The notes under the pieces: model-generated
Databases searched by the model: none
Told to the model about the DNA's origin: nothing
The model's input: the letters and a program-made list of their open reading frames with translations, nothing else
Shown: piece after piece, positions 48,797 to 61,695 of the stretch
How the letters are laid out: the number at the start of each line of letters is the position of its first letter
Position numbering within the stretch: the first letter of the stretch is position 1
Translations under genes and position numbers: made by a program
Assembly (NCBI GenBank): GCA_038087875.1
Contig: CM075996.1
Coordinates: 2,172,001-2,236,000 of the forward strand
Origin: Malacoraja senta
Lineage: Eukaryota
Direction of reading: 5' to 3'
Length of the DNA stretch: 64,000 nt

Positions 48797-50085
48797 GATA
48801 GATACATAGAAAATAGGTGCAGGGGTAGGCCATTCGGCCCTTCGAGCCTGCACCGCCATTCAATATGATCATGGCTGATCATCCAACTCAGTATCCCGTA
48901 CCTGCCTTCTCTCCATACCCCCTGATCCCTTTAGCCACAAGGGCCACATCTAACTCCCTCTTAAATATAGCCAATGAACTGGCCTCAACTACCCTCTGTG
49001 GCAGAGAGTTCCAGAGATTCACCACTCTCTGTGTGAAAAAGTTTTTTCTCATATCGGTCTTAAAGGATTTCCCCCTTATCCTTAAGCTGTGACCCCTTGT
49101 CCTGGACTTCCCCAACATCGGGAACAATCTTCCTGCATCTAGCCTGTCCAACCCCATAAGAATTGTGTACATTTCTATAAGATCCCCTCTCAATCTCCTA
49201 AATTCTAGCGAGTATAAGCCAAGTCTATCCAGTCTTTCTTCATATGAAAGTCCTGACATCCCAGGAATCAGTCTGGTGAACCTTCTCTGCATTCCCTCTA
49301 TGGCTATAATGTCCTTCCTCAGATTTGGAGACCAAAACTGTACGCAATACTCCAGGTGTGGTCTCACCACGACCCTGTACAACTGCAGTAGAACCTCCCT
49401 GCTCCTATACTCAAATCCTTTTGCTATGAAAGCTAACATACCATTCGCTTTCTTCACTGCCTGCTGCACCTGCATGCCTACTTTCAATGACTGGTGTACC
49501 ATGACGCCCAGGTCTCGCTGCATCTCCCCTTTTCCTAATCGGCCACCATTTAGATAATAGTCTGCTTTCTTGTTTTTGCCACCAAAGTGGATAACCTCAC
49601 ATTTATCCACATTATACTGCATTTGCCAAACATTTGCCCACTCACCCAGCCTATCCAAGTCACCTTGCAGTCTCTAGCATCCTCCTCACAGCTAACACTG
49701 CCCCCCAGCTTAGTGTCATCCGCAAACTTGGAGATGTTGCCTTCAATTCCCTTGTCCAAATCATTAATATATATTGTAAATAGCTGGGGTCCCAGCACTG
49801 AGCCTTGCGGTACCCCACTAGTCACTGCCTGCCATTGTGAAAAGGACCCGTTTACTCCTACTCTTTGCTTCCTGTTTGCCAGCCAGTTCTCTATCCACAT
49901 CAATACTGAACCCCCAATACCGTGTGCTTTAAGTTTGCATACTAATCTCTTATGTGGGACCTTGTCGAAAGCCTTCTGAAAGTCCAGATACAACACATCC
50001 ACTGGTTCTCCCCTATCCACTCTACTAGTTACATCCTCGAAACATTCTGTAAGATTCGTCAGACATGATTTACCTTTCGTAAATA
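48797..50085 (-). mobile_element. CR1 LINE, 5'-truncated, same young subfamily as 25326-28735
   Basis: ORFs 48888-49658 and 49550-50020 are nearly identical to the RT ORF 25421-26851. Confidence 0.95.
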
Positions 50086-50296
50086 GACGGTGGGTAAGGT
50101 ACCAAGAACAGCACCTATTTTACCCAGAATTAACATCTAGCTTCCTGAGTGAACTTCGGTGAACTTTGTAATCTTGTTGGCACCAGAAACTCTTGTGTGA
50201 AGTCTGCTGTCTGGTTTTACCGGGTTGTACCACAAAGCATTTGACTGTGCCTCGGTACACGTGACAATGAAGTATCATTGAACCATTGAATCATTT

Positions 50297-50580
50297 CATT
50301 TAGTTCAGTTTAGACATACAGTGAGGAAAGGGGCCCTTTGGTCCACCGAGTCTGCGCCGACCAGCGATTGGCGCGCACACACCAGCACTATCCTGTTAAT
50401 TGTCAATTATACCAAGCCAATCACCCTACAAACCCGTCCGTGGGAGGAAACCGGAGATCCCAGAGAAAAGCCACATAGGTCACGGGGAGAAGGTACAAAC
50501 TCCGTACAGCCAGCACCCGTGGTCGGGATGGAACCCGGGTCTCTGGCGCTGCGAGGCAGCAACTCTACCGCTGCCGCCCT
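50297..50580 (-). mobile_element. HE1-type V-SINE
   Basis: Head, V-domain and tail on the reverse strand. Confidence 0.75.
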
Positions 50581-52248
50581 TGTTGCCGGAGCTGAACCTT
50601 TCAAGGGCAAGTGAAGATGCACTCTTTGACGGCTGTATAATTGGTGTGGAAGGACGTGTGGAGATGAGTGATGAGCCACTCGCTGCGGAGTTTGCAACCT
50701 CTGGATCGCTGCCGGGACCCATTGGGGGAAATGTTGGCAGCGGTGTTTAAGTGTGAAAATATCCAGCTGAACCAATTTAGTTTGATTAGCATTTGAACTT
50801 TTTTTTAACTTCTAAGTCGGTCTGAAAATGTAACTTCTTGTTGAATGAGGTGTAGCTAAGCATTTAACAGAATGCTAATCTATAATTTACTGCTTAACAA
50901 CTTGTCTGCCGCTAAAAGGAAATTGATTTCCATGCGCTGTTGATTTCTCTCTGATAAGTATTTTCGTTCTTTGAAAAAGTAGTGGAATTTATTTATATTC
51001 ATTCAGCTCTAAGCTACCAATATGTTTTTCAGCTCTAAGCTACCAACACTGCAGGCTCTTGACTCCTGGTTGCAAACTATTTTAACTCCCCTTCCCATTC
51101 CCACACTGACCTTTCTGTCCTGGGCCTCCTCCATTGCCAGAGTGGGGCCACACGCAAACTAGTGGAACAGCACCTCATATTCCACTTGGGTAGCTCACAA
51201 CCAAACAGTATGAATATTGAATTCTCCAATTTTAGATAACTAACTTACACAAGATCCCCCCCCCCCCCAATTCTTCTCATCATCCTCTGTCCCTGTCTAT
51301 ATCCACTACCACCTATTATATCCACTTCCACCTATATTCCTTCCTCCGGCTTCACAATTCGTGCCTCTTCTATCCTTACCTCCTCTCTCACACTTTTGTT
51401 TTTTCATCTCTGGCATTTGTACAACCATCTGCCTATCAACCTCCCCTCCCCCTCGCTCACATGTATCCACCTATCACTTGCCAGGCTTTGTCCTGCCCTC
51501 CTCATTTGCAGCTTTCTTCCCCCCCCCATCCCACCCATGTCACCTATCCATGTTCTCCACAGATGCTGCCTGACCCGCTGAGTTACTCCAGCACTCTGTG
51601 AAACGTCACCTATCCATGTTCTCCACAGATGCTGCCTGACCCGCTGAGTTACTCCAGCACTCTGTGAAACGTCACCTATCCATGTGCTCCACAGATGCTG
51701 CCTGACCCGCTGAGTTACTCCAGCACGTTGTGTCTTTTTTTGTAAACCAGCAACTGTAGTTCCTCATGTCCAAGCTCTGATTGCCTGTGTTTCTCTGTGC
51801 CTCTGCCTCTCTTTCCTCCTTAAAGACCTGTCCTTTGCCCCAAATCTCTGCCTCCGTCCCAATACGTCGCTCGGCCAAAGTTAATTTTGTTTCATGGCAC
51901 CGTGGGCAATTGCTGTAGGATGTTTTGCTGTATTTAAGAGGTTTCATGGGTTATAGTTATCAGGATGGGGCACGGGCTCTAACGCAGGTCTGTTTCTGCA
52001 GAATAGACCCAGAGGGTTGTCAATCTGTGGAATTATGTGCCACAGAAGGCAGTGGAGGCGAAATAAATTATATATAAAATTATACACAAGGGAGAAAAAG
52101 ACGAAAACTACCTAAAATCATAAGAAAATGTAGTGGAGGGTGAATGAAATGTTGTGATAAAGCTTCAAGGGTGAATGACACTGAAATAGTTTAAGAAACA
52201 GTGACCTAGAGTTCCTCCCTCTTACACTTCAACCTCCTTGCCATTCTG

Positions 52249-52704
52249 TTTAAGAAGGAACTGCAGATGCTGGAAAATCGGTGAGACCAAGTGTAGGCTT
52301 GGCGATCATTTCGCCGAACACCTCCGCATTAACCAACCTGATCTCCCTGTGGCTCAGCACCTCAACTCCCCCTCCCATTCCGAATCCGACCTTTCTGTCC
52401 TGGCCCTCCTCCACGGCCAGATTGAGCACCACCGGAAATTGGAGGAGCAGCACCTCATATTCCGCTTGGGCAGCCTGCACCCTAGTGGCATAAACATTGA
52501 CTTCTCCAATTTCCGGTAGCCCTTGCTGTCTCATCCCCCTTCTCAGCTCTCCCTCAGCCCTCTGGCTCCTCCTCTACCTTTCTCCTTTCTTCTCCCCCCC
52601 TCCCCACCACATCAGTCTGAAGAAGGGTTTTGGCCCGAAATGTTGCCCATTTCCTTCGTTTCATAGATGCTGCTGCACCCGCTGAGTTTCTCCAGCACTT
52701 TTGT
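52249..52704 (+). mobile_element. Penelope-like element fragment (GIY-YIG C-terminal part, terminal repeat with hammerhead core, short inverted 5' piece) with a 16-bp TSD
   Basis: IGETKCRLGDHFAEHLR...PVAQHLNSPSH...KLEEQHLIFRLG...GIN. TSD cctccttgccattctg at 52233-52248 and 52705-52720. Confidence 0.85.
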
Positions 52705-53887
52705 CCTCCTTGCCATTCTGACGGGTGCTCTGTCCCCCTCACTAGCTGCCTGCTCCCACCACTTTGCCAGCTCTGTGTTTCATCGTGCCCAAGGTACAGT
52801 GTGCCAACATTGATGAGTTTCTCACTCTGCCCGGCAATCTGCCTGCAAGCTCCATACTGAGTCACTTGACCTTTTGCAAATCCTTTGCATCCTTCTCACT
52901 TTCCATCGAGCTTAGCAACATCAACACACTTGGGGGCATCTCTTATTCTTTGAACTTTTCTGCATTGATATAAATTTGGAGTCGCCGAGGCTCAATGCAG
53001 GTCCTCACGATGCCATCAGTAACTGCCCAGCAACTTGAAGGTAGCAAGGTGACCCGTCCTCTATGAACGGTCTCGACCCAAAACGTCACCTATTCCTTTC
53101 CTCCACAGATGTTGCCTGACCCGCTGAGTTCCTCCAGATTTTTGTCTCTATTCTTTCTAATCCATCACTCCCAAAGCTTAGTAATACTTTTTAATCAAAC
53201 ACAGGAACTCACGGGTCAGGCACTGTGTGTGTGGAGAGAATGGACAGGTGACGTTTCGGGTCACTACCATTGTCCTAGCTTGTAGAAGTCTCACTACCAG
53301 AAATGGCATCTGTCCAGAACTGTCTCCACAGATGCTGCCTGGCCCGCTGAGTTCCTCCAGCACTTTGTATTTTGCTCAAGGATCCAGCATCTGCAGTTTC
53401 TTGTGTAACCTTTTTTCCTGTTTGAACAACCTGCTACCCCAAAACTGGGTGGTTTTGCAGATAGTGAAGCTGGTTGTGAAAAAATTGCAGCAGGATCTTG
53501 ATCGATTGGCCAGGTGGGCTGAGGAATGGTTGATGGAATTTAATATGGAGCAAGATAAGGTGATGCTTTTGTGGAAATCTCTATACAGTGAATGACAGGG
53601 CTCTGGGTAGTGTTGTAGAGCAGAGGGATCTAGGAGTACAGGAGCATGGTCTTTTGGCACATTGGGCTTCAGAATATTGAGTAGAGGTTGTATAAGATGT
53701 TGGTGAGGCCACATTTAGGGTATTGTGTTCTGTTCTGGGAACCATGTTAAGGAAAGGTGTTGTCAAGCTGGAAAGGGTACAGAGAAGATTTACGAGGATG
53801 TTGCTAGGATTAGAAGGTCTGAGCTATAGGGAGAGGTTGAGTAGGCTGGGACTCTGTTCCTTGGAGCGCAGGAGGATGAGGGGTGAT

Positions 53888-54087
53888 NNNNNNNNNNNNN
53901 NNNNNNNNNNNNNNNNNNNNNNNNNNNNNNNNNNNNNNNNNNNNNNNNNNNNNNNNNNNNNNNNNNNNNNNNNNNNNNNNNNNNNNNNNNNNNNNNNNNN
54001 NNNNNNNNNNNNNNNNNNNNNNNNNNNNNNNNNNNNNNNNNNNNNNNNNNNNNNNNNNNNNNNNNNNNNNNNNNNNNNNNNNNNNNN
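53888..54087. other. Assembly gap (200 N)
   Basis: N run. Confidence 1.
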
Positions 54088-54526
54088 CCGCCGGCTTGGC
54101 TTTGTGTGCAGTCCAGCAGTCGGGCCAACTCATCATTCACCCAGCCACGGCCAAGTCGGTCAACAAATTGCCGTCGGAACTTGCCACTTATTTTGACCTT
54201 TTTGTCCCTTATTTGGAAGCGAGAAAGTTGGCAACCCTAGCCACAAGCGGAGTGGTTCCACAGAGTCTGAGGTTAGTGTTGTGCAGCGTTCAAGAGCCTG
54301 CTGGTTGTTGGGAAGAAGCTGTTCTTGAACCAGGAGATCACGGCTGTCAGGCTCCTGTACCTTCTTACCGATGTAGTTCCCTTCGATGGTGGGAAGGTGA
54401 GTACCCGTGATGGACCAGGCTATGTCCACTGCATTTTATAATCTTCATTCCTGGGCTTTCGAGTTGCCAAACCAGGCCACGATACAACTAGTCAATATAA
54501 GCTTTATGAGTACACCTGTAGAAGTT

Positions 54527-55112
54527 GCCTCCCCCCTCGTCTCCATTCAAGGACCCAAGCAGTCGTTCCAGGTGTGACAGAGGTTCACCTGCATCTCCAA
54601 CCTCATCTATTGCATCCGCTGCTCTAGATGTCAGCTGATCTACATCGGTGAGACCAAGCGTAGGCTTGGCGATCGTTTCGCCGAACACCTCCGCTCGGTC
54701 CACATTAACCAACCTGATCTCCTGGTGGCTCAGCACTTCAACACCCCCTCCCATTCCGTATCCGACCTCTCTGTCCTGGGCCTCCTCCATGGCCAGAGTG
54801 AGCAACACCGGAAATTGGAGGAACACACCTCATATTCCGCTTGGGGAGTCGGCATCCTGGTGGCGTGAACATTGAATTCTCACAATTCTGTTAGCCCCTG
54901 CTGTCTCCTCCCCTTCCCAACTCTCCCTCAGCCCTCGGGCTCCTCCCCCTCCTTTTTGCTTTCTTCTCACCGCCCCCCCCCCACCCCCCATCAGTCTGAA
55001 GAAGGGTTTCGGCCCGAAACGTTGCCTATTTCCTTCGCTCCATAGATGCTGCTGCACCCGCTGAGTTTCTCCAGCATTTTTGTCTACCTGGGCTTTTCCA
55101 GCATCTGCAGTT
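54527..55112 (+). mobile_element. Penelope-like element 3' fragment encoding the GIY-YIG endonuclease, followed by the terminal repeat
   Basis: FTC.SNLIYCIRCSRCQLIYIGETKRRLGDRFAEHLRSV...VAQHFN; hammerhead core at 54996-55023. Confidence 0.85.
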
Positions 55113-55599
55113 CTTTCTTACGCATCTGCAGTTCATTGTATCTCCAATGTTCATACCATTAGGTTGTAAGCTATCCAAATAGGATATCTTATGCTGTTCC
55201 ACCCGTTACTATCCATTCCCTCCACAGCTGCTGCCTGACCCGCTGAGTTCCACAAGCGCTTTCTGTTCTGAGCAACAATGAATGATAAAGCTGCGGTACC
55301 AGGGTGCTACGACGAGAGGGCAGCACAGAGCACAATTGTAATAGCAGGTAAGGCCACAAGATGGCAGAGCAGCTCCACGGAGGTAGTAGATTCTGAGGCT
55401 GGGAGTGTGTCAGAATTAACAGGGCTTCCCATGGATTGAATGAATGAATGAATGTCAATGTTTATAGGTGGTCTCAAGAAGTGTGTCAGTATTTACAGGT
55501 ATTCCAGGAAATGAATGAATGCGTGCTAGTATTTACAGGGGGGTTTCAGGAAGTTTGTCAGTATCGGTTTGTGAAAAACTTACTGCTCAGATTCTTATT

Positions 55600-56445
55600 A
55601 GATTAGATTAGATTTTATTTGTTGTCATTTGAACCCAGAGGTTCAAACGAAATTTGGTTTCTGCAGTTATACAAACAAGAAGAACCAAGACACAACACAA
55701 TTTACACAAACATCCATCACAGCGAATTCCTCCTCACTGTGATGGAAGGCAAAGTCTTGTCTCTCCCGTGCACTCCCCATTCTCCTCCCGATGTCAAAGT
55801 CAAAGCCCCCGGCGGGCGATGGTAAATAAGTCCCGCGGCCATTAAAGCCGCGCCGGGCGATGCAAGGCCGCGCTCCGGGTCTTGATGTTGGAGCCCCCGG
55901 TAGCGCTAGCAAGTCCCGCGGCCATTTAAAGCCGCGCCGGGCGATGTAAGGCCCCGCTCCAGGTCTTCTTCAACCCCGCAACTCGGGCGGGAGAAGTTGC
56001 CGTTGCGGAAGCTCCGAAAACCGGTCTCCCACCAGGGACCCGCGAGCTCCTGATGTTACCGTCCACCGGACCTGCGTCTGGAGCCTCCGAAGCTCCGGGG
56101 TCGGGCCGCAGCAGCGAGCCACCACAGCTCCTCCCGTTCCGAACTCGGCCAGCTCCGCGATGGTAAGTAGTCCGCAGGCTCCGCGACTGGAGCCCCAGGT
56201 CGTTCCGGTTGGAGGCCGCTCCACGGTGCTAGGCCCCAACGACAACGGAGACCCGACAGAGAAAGGTCGGGTCCTCCGTACAGGGAAAAGATTTTCAAAG
56301 TTTCCCCACCCCACCCCCCGCCCCCCCACACATACCCAGTTAAAAAAAACACTACAAACTACACTCAAACGAGACAAATAAAATAATAAAAGACAGACGG
56401 ACTGCAGAGGCCGATGCGACATGGGTCGCGCCGCCTACCGGAATC
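55600..56445 (-). mobile_element. CpG-rich non-autonomous retroelement with a Rex1-like 3' tail
   Basis: The minus strand ends ...aaatttcgtt...aatgacaacaaataaa(atcta)n. No ORF homology; internal ~80-bp duplication at 55828-55965. Confidence 0.55.
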
Positions 56446-56451
56446 TTTGTT

Positions 56452-57066
56452 CTAGAAGGAACTGCAGATGCTGGAAAATCGAAGGTAGACAAAATTGCTG
56501 GAGAAACTCAGCGGGTGCGGCAGCATCTATGGAGCGAAGGAAATAGGCAACGTTTCGGGCCAAAACCCTTCTTCAGACTGATGTAGGGTGGGGGGCCGGG
56601 AGAAGAAAGGAGAAAGGAAGAGGAGGAGCCAGAGGGCTGAGGGAGAGCTGAGAAGGGGAGGAGACAGCAAGGGCTACCGGAAATTGTAGAATTCAATCTT
56701 CATGCCGTTGGGGTGTAAACTGCCCAAGTCTGGTGCTGCCCCTCCAATTTTCAGTGGTGCTCACTCTGGCCATGGAGGAGGCCCAGGACAGAAAGGTCGG
56801 ATTCGGAATGGGAGGGGGAGTTGAAGTGCTGAGCCACAGGGAGATCAGGTTGGTTAATGCGGACCGAGCGGAGGTGTTCGGCGAAACGATCGCCATGCCT
56901 ACGCTTGGTCTCACCGATGTAGAGCAGCTGACATCTAGAGCAGCGGATGCAATAGGTGAGGTTGGAGGAGGTGCAGGTAAACCTCTGTCACACCTGGAAC
57001 GACTGCTTGGGTCCTTGAATGGAATCGTGGGGGGAGGTAAAGCGACAAGTGTAGCATCTCCTGTTG
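56452..57066 (-). mobile_element. Penelope-like element 3' fragment (GIY-YIG + terminal repeat)
   Basis: Reverse complement of the sequence family at 54527-55112. Confidence 0.85.
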
Positions 57067-58149
57067 CGGGTGGGAAGGGAAGAATTTTGTCTACCTTATT
57101 AAATCTTTCCCCTCACTCCTTAAATCTCTGCCCTCTAGTCCTTGATTCCCTCACCCTGGGAAAAAGTCTTTGTGCATTCACACTATCTGAGGGAGTCACT
57201 ATCTTGGGGGTTAGTATGGGCTAGTTGGCTGAATGGCCTTGTCCTGTGTCAGTATCAGCGACTGCCCCATCTGATGGGCAGAGCTTTTGTTGACCGTGGG
57301 TGGTGCAAAGGTGATGACCCCTCCACCCTGACCCTTGCTCTCCCAACCCTTGTACCAGTGTGGTTCGGTGTATGACTGGGACAGGAGATGGGTGAGAGAG
57401 GACCAGCGGCAGCAGGAGCCTCTGCAACGCTGTCCTCCTCCCTCACTAACTCCGCTGCTTGGCATCAATATCCATTGCATTCCTGGAGATATTTTTAGTT
57501 TGTTGAATTCCTTTCGAAATGCCTTTGATTTCCTCTCTGACCGGATATTGAGAATAATCCCTGACGATTCTTTTTGAGTTTCAAGGTATTTTCCATGTCG
57601 ATTCATTCACTTAAAAATGTGTGGCCCCACAGAGACAAGTGATGTCTCTTTCCAACTTATTATTTAAGTTTCCCCCACGATTCTCCGAATTACCATGTCC
57701 TGTAATTTCGGCTGATGAATGTGGGGAATTTTCACCCAACGGAAGGTTGGCATGAACTCGTTCAGTAGATGGGAAACCAGGATGCACTATCCACAGCCCC
57801 ATCATCACCTTGTCCACCGTTTACACTGTGAGAACTTGACACAGGGCCGTATTAAGGAACAATATTAAGAGGGAACAGAGAACGCTACAGCACAGGAACA
57901 GGCCCTCCAGCCCACAATGTCCATGCCAAACTTGATGACATTAAACTAATCTTCTCTGCCTGCACGTTGATCCATATCCCTCCATTCCCTGCATAGCCAT
58001 GTGCCTATCTAAGAGCCTCTTAAATGCCACTATGGTATCTGCCTCCACCACCGCCCCATAGCAGTGCATTACAGGTACTCACCACCCTCTGTGTACAAAA
58101 CATTCCCTGCACATCTCTTTTAAAACTTACCTCTCTCAGCTTAAATAGA

Positions 58150-58762
58150 AACACCGGGTGGTGCCAGCAATGGCTGCCTCACCAACAGTCTGTCTGTCCC
58201 TTTCTTCTTCGTTGCTTTTTTAGTATGTGTTACATATATGTTTTTAGTGTTCTTTAGCTTGTTTCATGTGGGGGGTGGGGGGAGGGGAGTTGGAGGAAAC
58301 TTTTACTAATCTCTTACCTCGACGGAGATGCGAGATGCGATTCACGTATCTCCGTCCGCACTGGCGGCCTTTGCTGGAGACCGACCGGGAGCTCCACCGC
58401 GGGAGCCTGCGGACTTTAACATCGCAGAGCTCGTGGTCTCTGGTTAGAGACCGACTTCGGGAGACGCAAGCAGTGTTAGAGTTTCGACCGCCCCCACACG
58501 GGAGCTTCGATTGCCCCGTCGCAAGGGCTTCGACCGCCGGCTGCGGGAGCTTCAACTGCCCCGAGGGAGAAAAATGAGGGAAGATTGGATTTTATTGCCT
58601 TCCATCACAGTGAGGAATGTGGGGAATCCGCTGTGGTGGATGTTTATGTTGACTTTTATGTAGTTGTGCGTCTTGTTGCTTTTATAGTATGGCTGTATGG
58701 TAATTCGCATATCATTGTACCTTATCTGGTACACCTGACAATAAACTGACATTGAAATCAAT
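58150..58762 (+). mobile_element. CpG-rich non-autonomous retroelement related in layout to 55600-56445
   Basis: Head ...cagtctgtctgtc, T-rich stretch, G-run, gaaactt...aatct. Shares ccttccatcacagtgagga with the other copy; tail cattgtacctt...gtacacctgacaataaa. Confidence 0.55.
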
Positions 58763-61010
58763 GTCTTCTGTTCTTTGATATTTACACCCTGGGGGAAAAA
58801 GGTTTTACCCTATTTATGCCTCTTATATTTGCATATGGAACCAGAGGCAATGGCACGGGGGGTGTTACCGGGAATAAACATTACCGGGAGTAAATGTGAA
58901 GTTACATCTGCACACAATGGAGCCACAGGTAGATTTGGAGCACAAGGGAGTACAGTTCAACGCTGATGTCCGCCACTGTCGGTGTGGAGTTTGCATGTTC
59001 TCCCTGTGACCGTGTGGGTTTCCCCGAGCTGATCCTGTTTCCTCCCACGTCCCAAAGGTGTTGGTAATTAATTGGCTGGCGATGGGATTGCTCTGAGAGC
59101 TGCGATAGACTCAATGGGCTGAATGGACTCCCATGTTGAGAATAAAGTAAAATAAATGTATACGCAGCTATACAGTCAGATCGCCTATGATCTGGGTTGG
59201 GACAATAAGTTTCAGGCAGACCAAAGAGCGGGGTCTTTCACTGAGTTGATGTTCTTCCAGCAGCACTTGATCTCCCTGGAGGCAGCCTGTAAATCAGAGA
59301 GTCCTACATCACGGAGCTGTTCAGGATGAACCGTGACAAGGATTCTTGAATCATTCTCCAAACTCTCTTGGCAAATCTACACTCTGCGAAAAGGTGACTG
59401 AGCTTGGGTTTGATGGAGCTGTACAGAGAGCCATTAGCTGTAGTTACTGGTGTCCACATCCTCACTAGTTCCACATGGGTCATGCTGAATGGCAGTTACT
59501 TAATTGAATGACGTTATGCTGTTCGTTAATAATTGTGATAAATAGCATTAATAAAAGAAAACACGTCTGTTCTGGTTTCCTGCGCCCTCCCTCTCAACTG
59601 AGTAACAGATGCGGACTGATTAGATTCGAGAGACCAGCCTCCCCTCATTGGCATTGCGATGAACTTCTGTTAACCAGCACTCTCCTAAAGCATTCCCGCA
59701 TCTCACCATCCATGTCTTCCTACTGTAGTGGGAACACAACAATTGCAAATGTTTCAGATTCAGATTCAGATTCAGAAAACTTTATTGTCTGTCGTAACTG
59801 AAAATCTTCTGTTGGTGTTCTTCTCCCAGAGAACTGTCGTTTGTTCGACTCCTGGATCTTACTGAATGGCAGAGCAGGCCTCAAGGAGGGTCCCGACCCG
59901 AAACGTCACCCGTCCTTTTTCTCCAGAGATGCTGCCTGACCCACTGTTACTCCAGCACTTTGTGAAACGTCACCTATCCATGTTCTCCAGAGATGCTGCC
60001 TGACCCGCTGAGTTACTCCAGCACTCTGTGAAACGTCACCTATCCATGTTCTCCACAGATGCTGCCTGACCCGCTGAGTTACTCCAGCACTCTGTGTCGA
60101 ACAGAGGAGGTGAGGTATCTACAAAGTACTCCCGTTAACCACATGAACAACAAGTCAGCAAATGGGAAATCCACTCCACGTGGATCTGGCTGAAGGATTA
60201 ACATAGAGCACAGAAATGTACTGCACTGAAACAGGCCCTTCGGCCAACAATGTCCGTGCTGACCATGATGCCAGGCCTCTGCCTGCACGTCAATTGATCA
60301 ATTTCCCCCCTGGTATAAATAGTTCTTTCGTATTATATTGTATCGTGCATATCCATGTGCCTATCCAAAAGCCTTTTAAACACCACTATGGTATTTGCCT
60401 CCACCTCCACCTCCACCACCATCCCTGGCAGTGGGTTCTAAGCACCCACCACTCTCCCACTCCCAACATACTGAAGCCCATTATCTCAGTGCACCAGTAC
60501 GGAAACAATTTCCCCACGTGCTCACCAATAATTAATCACCCAAACTGACTGAGTTTACAGATTTCCTCATTTATTTGTTTGCTGGTTGAGTCCGATCCAA
60601 TGCAGTGAATCATCACGCACTGTTTTTCTTTACGGCAGGAAAATATATCAGGAGGTCAGTGCGTATCTTTCACAGATTTTTTTTCGAGAGGCCAATGTTA
60701 ATACTTCAGACAAATAAATGTCTTATTTATTTCCTTCCCCTGGAGAAGAGAGGCCTCTTCATTAATGGTCTTGTTGGGAGAGACGTCTTGGCAGGTTGTT
60801 GGCCATTAATTCCATCTGGCCTTGTCAAGATGCACAAACATGCATGAGACTGACACAAACTGTTCTTGGGAGACAGAGGCTGGTCAGGCCAGTGCCACCA
60901 CGGATGAGTCACTTCCCGAGGGATTTACTGAATTCCATTCCAGTCTCATCTCTCATGGTGCCTTTCCATGTCTCTGGACTCAGTCCTGCAGCTGACCTAA
61001 CTCACTGCAG

Positions 61011-61161
61011 ACAGACACAAAAAGCTGGAGTAAGTAACTCAGCGGGTCAGAACGCATTTCGGGTCGAGGCCCTTCTTCTTCAACCCAAAACGTCCCCTAT
61101 TCCTTTTCACCGGAGATGCTGTCTTCAATTTAAACCAGCATCTACAGTTCCTTCCTACATA
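61011..61161. mobile_element. Palindromic Penelope-derived short element with a 14-bp TSD
   Basis: ctaactcactgcag at 60997-61010 and 61162-61175. Confidence 0.7.
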
Positions 61162-61394
61162 CTAACTCACTGCAGGTTCCATACATCCATACAGTCATAC
61201 AGCATGGAAACAGGCCATTCTGCCCAACTCATACATGCTGACCAACACAGACCATCTAAACTAATCCCATTTGCCCACGTTTGGCCCATATCCCTCTAAA
61301 TCTTTCCTATCCATGTATCTGCCCAAATAAATTTTAAATGCTGTTACTGTACTGTACTGTACCAGCCAACTACCTCCTCTGGCAGCTCCAGTTG

Positions 61395-61695
61395 TTTAGT
61401 TTAGAGATACAGTGTGGAAACAGGACCTTCGGCCCACCAAGTCCACGTCGACCAATGATCACCCGTACACTGGCTCCATCGACTCACTGGGGACAATTTA
61501 CAATTACACCAAGCCAATTAACCTACAAACCTGTACGTCTTTGGAATGTGGGAGGAAACCGAAGATCTCGGAGAAAACCCACGCAGGTCACGGGGAGAAC
61601 GTACAAACTCCGTACAGACAGCACCCGTAGTCAGGATCGAACCCGGGTCTCTGACGTTGTGAGGCAGCAACTCTACCACCGTGCCACCTTGCCGC
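61395..61695 (-). mobile_element. HE1-type V-SINE
   Basis: Head, V-domain and tail on the reverse strand. Confidence 0.85.

Noticed and set aside
50600..51050. Unique segment as a coding exon of the downstream gene (likewise 57400-57600 and 59230-59400)
   Set aside because: Candidate frames hit stops or lack donors, with no protein similarity; these may still be UTR exons or regulatory DNA.
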